Source: Euglena gracilis (Eukaryota). Taken from it: a DNA stretch of 64,000 bases. The position numbers and the translations under genes were made by a program. The stretch spans positions 26,486,954-26,550,953 of the forward strand of contig CP154954.1 of NCBI GenBank assembly GCA_039621445.1, written 5' to 3'. Positions 60,050-64,000 of this stretch are shown piece after piece. Numbering within the stretch: position 1 is the first letter of the stretch; each line of letters starts with the position of its first letter. The notes below the pieces were generated by a model. That model ran no database searches and was not told the DNA's origin. It worked only from the letters and a program-made list of their open reading frames with translations.

Positions 60050-62635
60050 CTGGGGCTGCCAGCTGGCATAGGTAGGGGGCGGGGCCGGGGCTGCCGGCTG
60101 GCATAGGTAGGGGGCGCGGCCGGGGGTGATGGCTGGCATAGGTCGGGGGCGGGGCCGGGGGTGCCGGCTGGCATAGGTAGGGGGCGGGGCCGGGGGTACC
60201 AGCTGGCATAGGTAGGGGGCGGGCCCGGGGGGGCTGGCTGGCATGGGTGGGGGGGGGGGCCGGGGGTGCCGGCTGGCATAGGTAGTGGGCGGGGCCGGGG
60301 TTTCTGGCTGTCATAGGTACGGGGCGGGGCCGGGGTTGCCGGCTGGCATAGATAGGGGGCGGGGCGGGGTTTGCGGCTGGCATAGGTAGGGGGCGGGGCC
60401 GGGGGTGCCAGGCTGGCATAGGTAGGGGGCGGGACCGGGGGTGCCGGCTGGCATAGATAGGGGGCGGGGCGGGGTTTGCGGCTGGCATAGGTAGGGGGCG
60501 GGGCCGGGGTTGCCGGCTGGCATAGGTAGGGGGCGGGGCCGGGGGTGCCGGCTGGCATAGGTAGGGGGCGGGAGCGGGGGTGCCGGCTGGCATAGGTAGG
60601 GGGCGGGAGCGGGGGTACCGGCTGGCATAGGTAGGGGGTGGGGCCGGGGTGGCATAGGTAGGGGGCGGGACCGGTGGTGCTTGCTGGCATAGGTAGGGGG
60701 CGGGGCCCGGGGAGCCGGCTGGCATACGTAGGGGGCGGGGCCGGGGGTGCCGGCTGGCATACGTAGGGGGCGGGGCCGGGGGTGCTGGCTGGCATAGGTA
60801 GGGGGCGGGGCCGGGGGTGACGGCTGGCATAGGTAGGGGGCGGGGCCGGGGGTGCCGGCTGGCATAGGTAGGGGGCGGGACCGGGGGTGCCGGCTGGCAT
60901 AGGTAGGGGGCGGGGCGGGGTTTGCGGCTGGCATAGGTAGGGGGCGGGGCCGGGGTTGCCGGCTGGCATAGGTAGGGGACGGGGCCGGGGTGCCGGCTGG
61001 CATAGGTAGGGGGTGGGGCCGGGGTTGCCGGCTGGCATAGGTAGGGGGCGGGAGCGGGGTTGCCGGCTGGCATAGGTAGGGGGTGGGGCCAGGGGTGCCG
61101 GCTGGCATAGGTAGGGGGCGGGGCCGGGGGTGCCGGCTGGCATAGGTAGGGGGTGGGGTCGGGGTTGCCGGCTGGCATAGGTGGGGGGCGGGACCGGTGG
61201 TGCTGGCTGGCATAGGTAGGGGGCGGGACCGGGGGTGACGGCTGGCATAGGTAGGGGGCGGGGCCGGGGGTGCCGGCTGGCATAGGTAGGGGGTGGGGCT
61301 GGGGTTTCCGGCTGGCATAGGTAGGGGGTGGGGCCGGGGTTGCCGGCTGGCATAGGTAGGGGGTGGGGCCGGGGTTGCCGTCTGGCATAGGTAGGGGGCG
61401 GGGCCGGGGTTTCCGGCTGGCATAGGTAGGGGGCGGGGCCAGGTGTGCCGGCTGGCATATGTAGGGGGTGGGGCCGGGGTTTCCGGCTGGCATGGGTAGG
61501 GGGCGGGACCGGTGGTGCTGGCTGGCATAGGTAGGGGGCGGGGGTGAGGGTGCCGGCTGGCATAGGTAGGGGCGGGGGGGGGGCGGGGCTTCCGGCTGGC
61601 AGAGGGAGGGGGTGGGGTCGGGTTTCCGGCTGGCACAGGTAGGGGGTGGGGCCGGGGGTGACGGCTGGCATAGGTAGGGGGCGGGACCGGTGGTGCTGGC
61701 TGGCAGAGGTAGGGGGCGGGGCCCGGGGGGCCGGCTGGCATAGGTAGGGGGTGGGGGCCGGGGGTTGCCGGCTGGCATAGGTAGGGGGCGGGGCCGGGGG
61801 GGCCGGCTGGGATAGGTAGGGGGCGGGGCCGGGGGGGCCGGCTGGCATAGTTAGGGGGCGGGGCCGGGGTTGCCGGCTGGCATAGATAGGGGGCGGGCCG
61901 GGGGTGCCGGCTGGCATAGGTAGGGGGCGGGCCGGGGTGCCGGCTGGCATAGGTAGGGGGTGGGGCCGGGGTGCCGGCTGGCATAGGTAGGTAGGGGTGG
62001 GGCCGGGGTTTCCGGCTGGCATAGGTAGGGGGTGGGGCCGGGGTTGCCGGCTGGCATAGGTAGGGGGGGGCGGGCCCGGTGTTTCCGGCTGGCATAGGTG
62101 GGGGGGGGGGCCGGGGTTGCCGGCTGGCATAGGTAGGGGCAGGGCCTTTTGTTGCCGCTGGCATAATAAGGGGGCCGGCACCCCCACCCTCCAACCCGGG
62201 CCCCGCCCCCTACCTTGCCCGCGGCGCCGGAACCCCGAACCACACCCCCTACCTTGCAGCCGGCAACCCCATCCCGCCCCTCTATGCCAGACCAGGGGGG
62301 ACCGGTGGGCTTGATTGGCATAGGTAGTGGGGCGGGGACCGGCGGCCTGGCCGGCTGGGCACAGGGGGTGGGGTGTCGGGGTTGACGCTGTCATAGGTAG
62401 GGGGCTGGGGCCGGCGGTGCCGGCTGGCAGCAGGTAGGGGGCGGGTGGCCGAGGGTGCCAGGCTGGCATAGGTAGAGGGCGGGGCCGGGGGTGCCGGCTG
62501 GCATAGGTAGGGGGCGGGGCCGGGGTGCCGGCTGGCATAGGTAGGGGCGGGGGCCGGGGTGCCGGCTGGCATAGGTAGGGGGCGGGGCCGGGGTGTGCCG
62601 GCTGGCATAGGTAGGGGGTGGGGCGGCCGGGGTCA
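60050..62635. repeat. G-rich minisatellite, ~34-35 bp unit (GCCGGCTGGCATAGGTAGGGGGCGGGGCCGGGGGT), roughly 70 copies
   Basis: Direct reading. GGCATA recurs every ~35 nt. Confidence 0.97.
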
Positions 62636-63336
62636 TTATCCTATTTTCTTTGGTTCTTCGCTCATTTCCTCAACTTGCAGCAAAAAACCTCTGGCAGTTT
62701 TTAAACAATAACCTGGCACGTAAAATCACGCAAAATTACGTACGACCTTGCAAATTAATTTTTTCCATGTAAAAGTCATGTGGAAAAAAAAGTAAAAATT
62801 TGTTCAAGTAATTCTTCCAGTAAAATCAAACTAAATTCTGCAAAATCACACCAAAACCACATTGAATCACACACATTGTCATATGCCTCCTCTGTTGTCA
62901 AGTTTTTTTAAAGCAATGCATTGCTTAAGGTTGGGGTCACGTTCTCAGTGTATACACGTGCCCATACCAACCAACCCATCCACACTCCCTCTTGACGGAA
63001 ATGCAACTAAGGACTAAAACACATCACCGACGTGCAACGTTTCCAATGCAAAGCTTAGGAGCTGTGTGTTCAAATCAAATTCAAAGCAGGGCTGTTGAAT
63101 TACCAAACATGTATAGAATTCTTTTTGAGATTTGTTCCCAGATCTATTCTTTTCAGTGCAATTTTTTTTAGGGCAAATAAATCCGTGGACAAATATAACA
63201 CAGAAAAGTTGAGTTCGTCATTTCCAAAAATGATTCAAATTGAAACGGCCACAGGTTCGAGGTTGGGCCTGGCGCACTGTTTCAAATGGCCACTTTCTTA
63301 AATGAGTCCTCGGTGGTGCGCGACCCCCGTCACACC

Positions 63337-63458
63337 ACATCGATGCCTGGGGCCCCATCGTCCTTCTTCAGTTTCCCCGCGGCCTTCTTGGGCTGCAGCT
63401 GGCCCTGCAGGAACCGCTCCATGAAGCTGCCGTCCGTCGGGACCACTGCCTTCCCGGC
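63337..63458 (-). CDS. RRM/RS-rich protein gene, upstream exon (AGKAVVPTDGSFMERFLQGQLQPKKAAGKLKKDDGAPGID)
   Basis: Acceptor cccccgctcag|GCC and GC3-rich codons. Ends GAT GT|ggtGTGACGGGGGTCG, which is complementary to the intron end at 55235-55260. Confidence 0.65.
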
Positions 63459-64000
63459 CTGAGCGGGGGTGGCAGCAACGCGGCGCCGAGAACGGTGGTG
63501 TGGCCCCGGCACCGTCTGGAGGTCCCCCGGCCAATGTGAGGACTGCAGTGGGGAAAACGGGGCGTTCTTTTTGAATCAATTAAGGAGGCCTGTTAGAAGA
63601 AGAAAGATCCCCAATGCCATTCCGCAAAAAAAAATGCATCCTTGCAAGTGAGCAGGGTTTCCATGTTTCGTGGCAGGGACCACGGTTTCACATTCATGCT
63701 CACGCGTGATTATTCGGGATCGTTCGTTAGGCCAAAAACCTGCCGTTTTGTGCTAAACGATGGAGTGATGAGATTGAGTCCATACAGAAGCATTGGAAAT
63801 GCGCAGAATTCAAAAATTGCAGGTATTCACCATCATTCGTTGTGGATTCCATTGTCCAAACAAACACCTCCTTGACTTGAAATGAGAGGCATCACAAAAG
63901 CAGGAAGAAAATGGCAAGGAAGCTGTGTTTGCTCAATAAGAGGGCGGCACTCAACATCATCGTTCCAAAACAGAAGGATAATGGTCTGTTGGAATGCCAA

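Noticed and set aside
60050-62635. CRISPR-like regular repeat array
   Set aside because: Head-to-tail units without unique spacers, no cas genes, and a eukaryotic context.
59767-62636. 923-, 627- and 585-aa Pro-rich ORFs
   Set aside because: Stop-free frames of a 34-35 bp minisatellite whose unit is not a multiple of 3; the same peptides appear in all three frames.

Overview
Eukaryotic genomic DNA, most likely a euglenid such as Euglena (inferred from intron style). (1) A minus-strand gene runs from ATG 45512 down past position 372. It encodes a predicted secreted Thr/Pro/Ser-rich mucin-like protein: signal peptide plus at least 1985 codons in 23 exons, with the C-terminus outside the window. 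Intron 1 is GT-AG. The other 21 complete introns are non-canonical: Y|R junctions and a terminal stem pairing intron position +4 onward with position -6 backward (CAG...CTG in 15 of 21). Splicing by this rule gives one continuous frame, and the stems show compensatory changes between paralogous introns. (2) A second minus-strand gene (about 49664-63458, 5' end not located) encodes an RRM plus RS/RD-rich protein with both intron types. (3) The introns carry many MITEs. One class has CAG/TAG/CAT termini and 8-bp target-site duplications; another is TA-flanked. Two insertions have empty sites in paralogous copies of a ~3.7-4.2 kb exon-intron tandem duplication. The 3+5 nt left unpaired at each intron end equals the 8-bp TSD of the CAG...CTG MITEs, suggesting an introner-like link. 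Micro- and minisatellites are also present. Most ORFs in the supplied track are shadow or repeat artefacts. All coordinates and pairings were worked out by eye.
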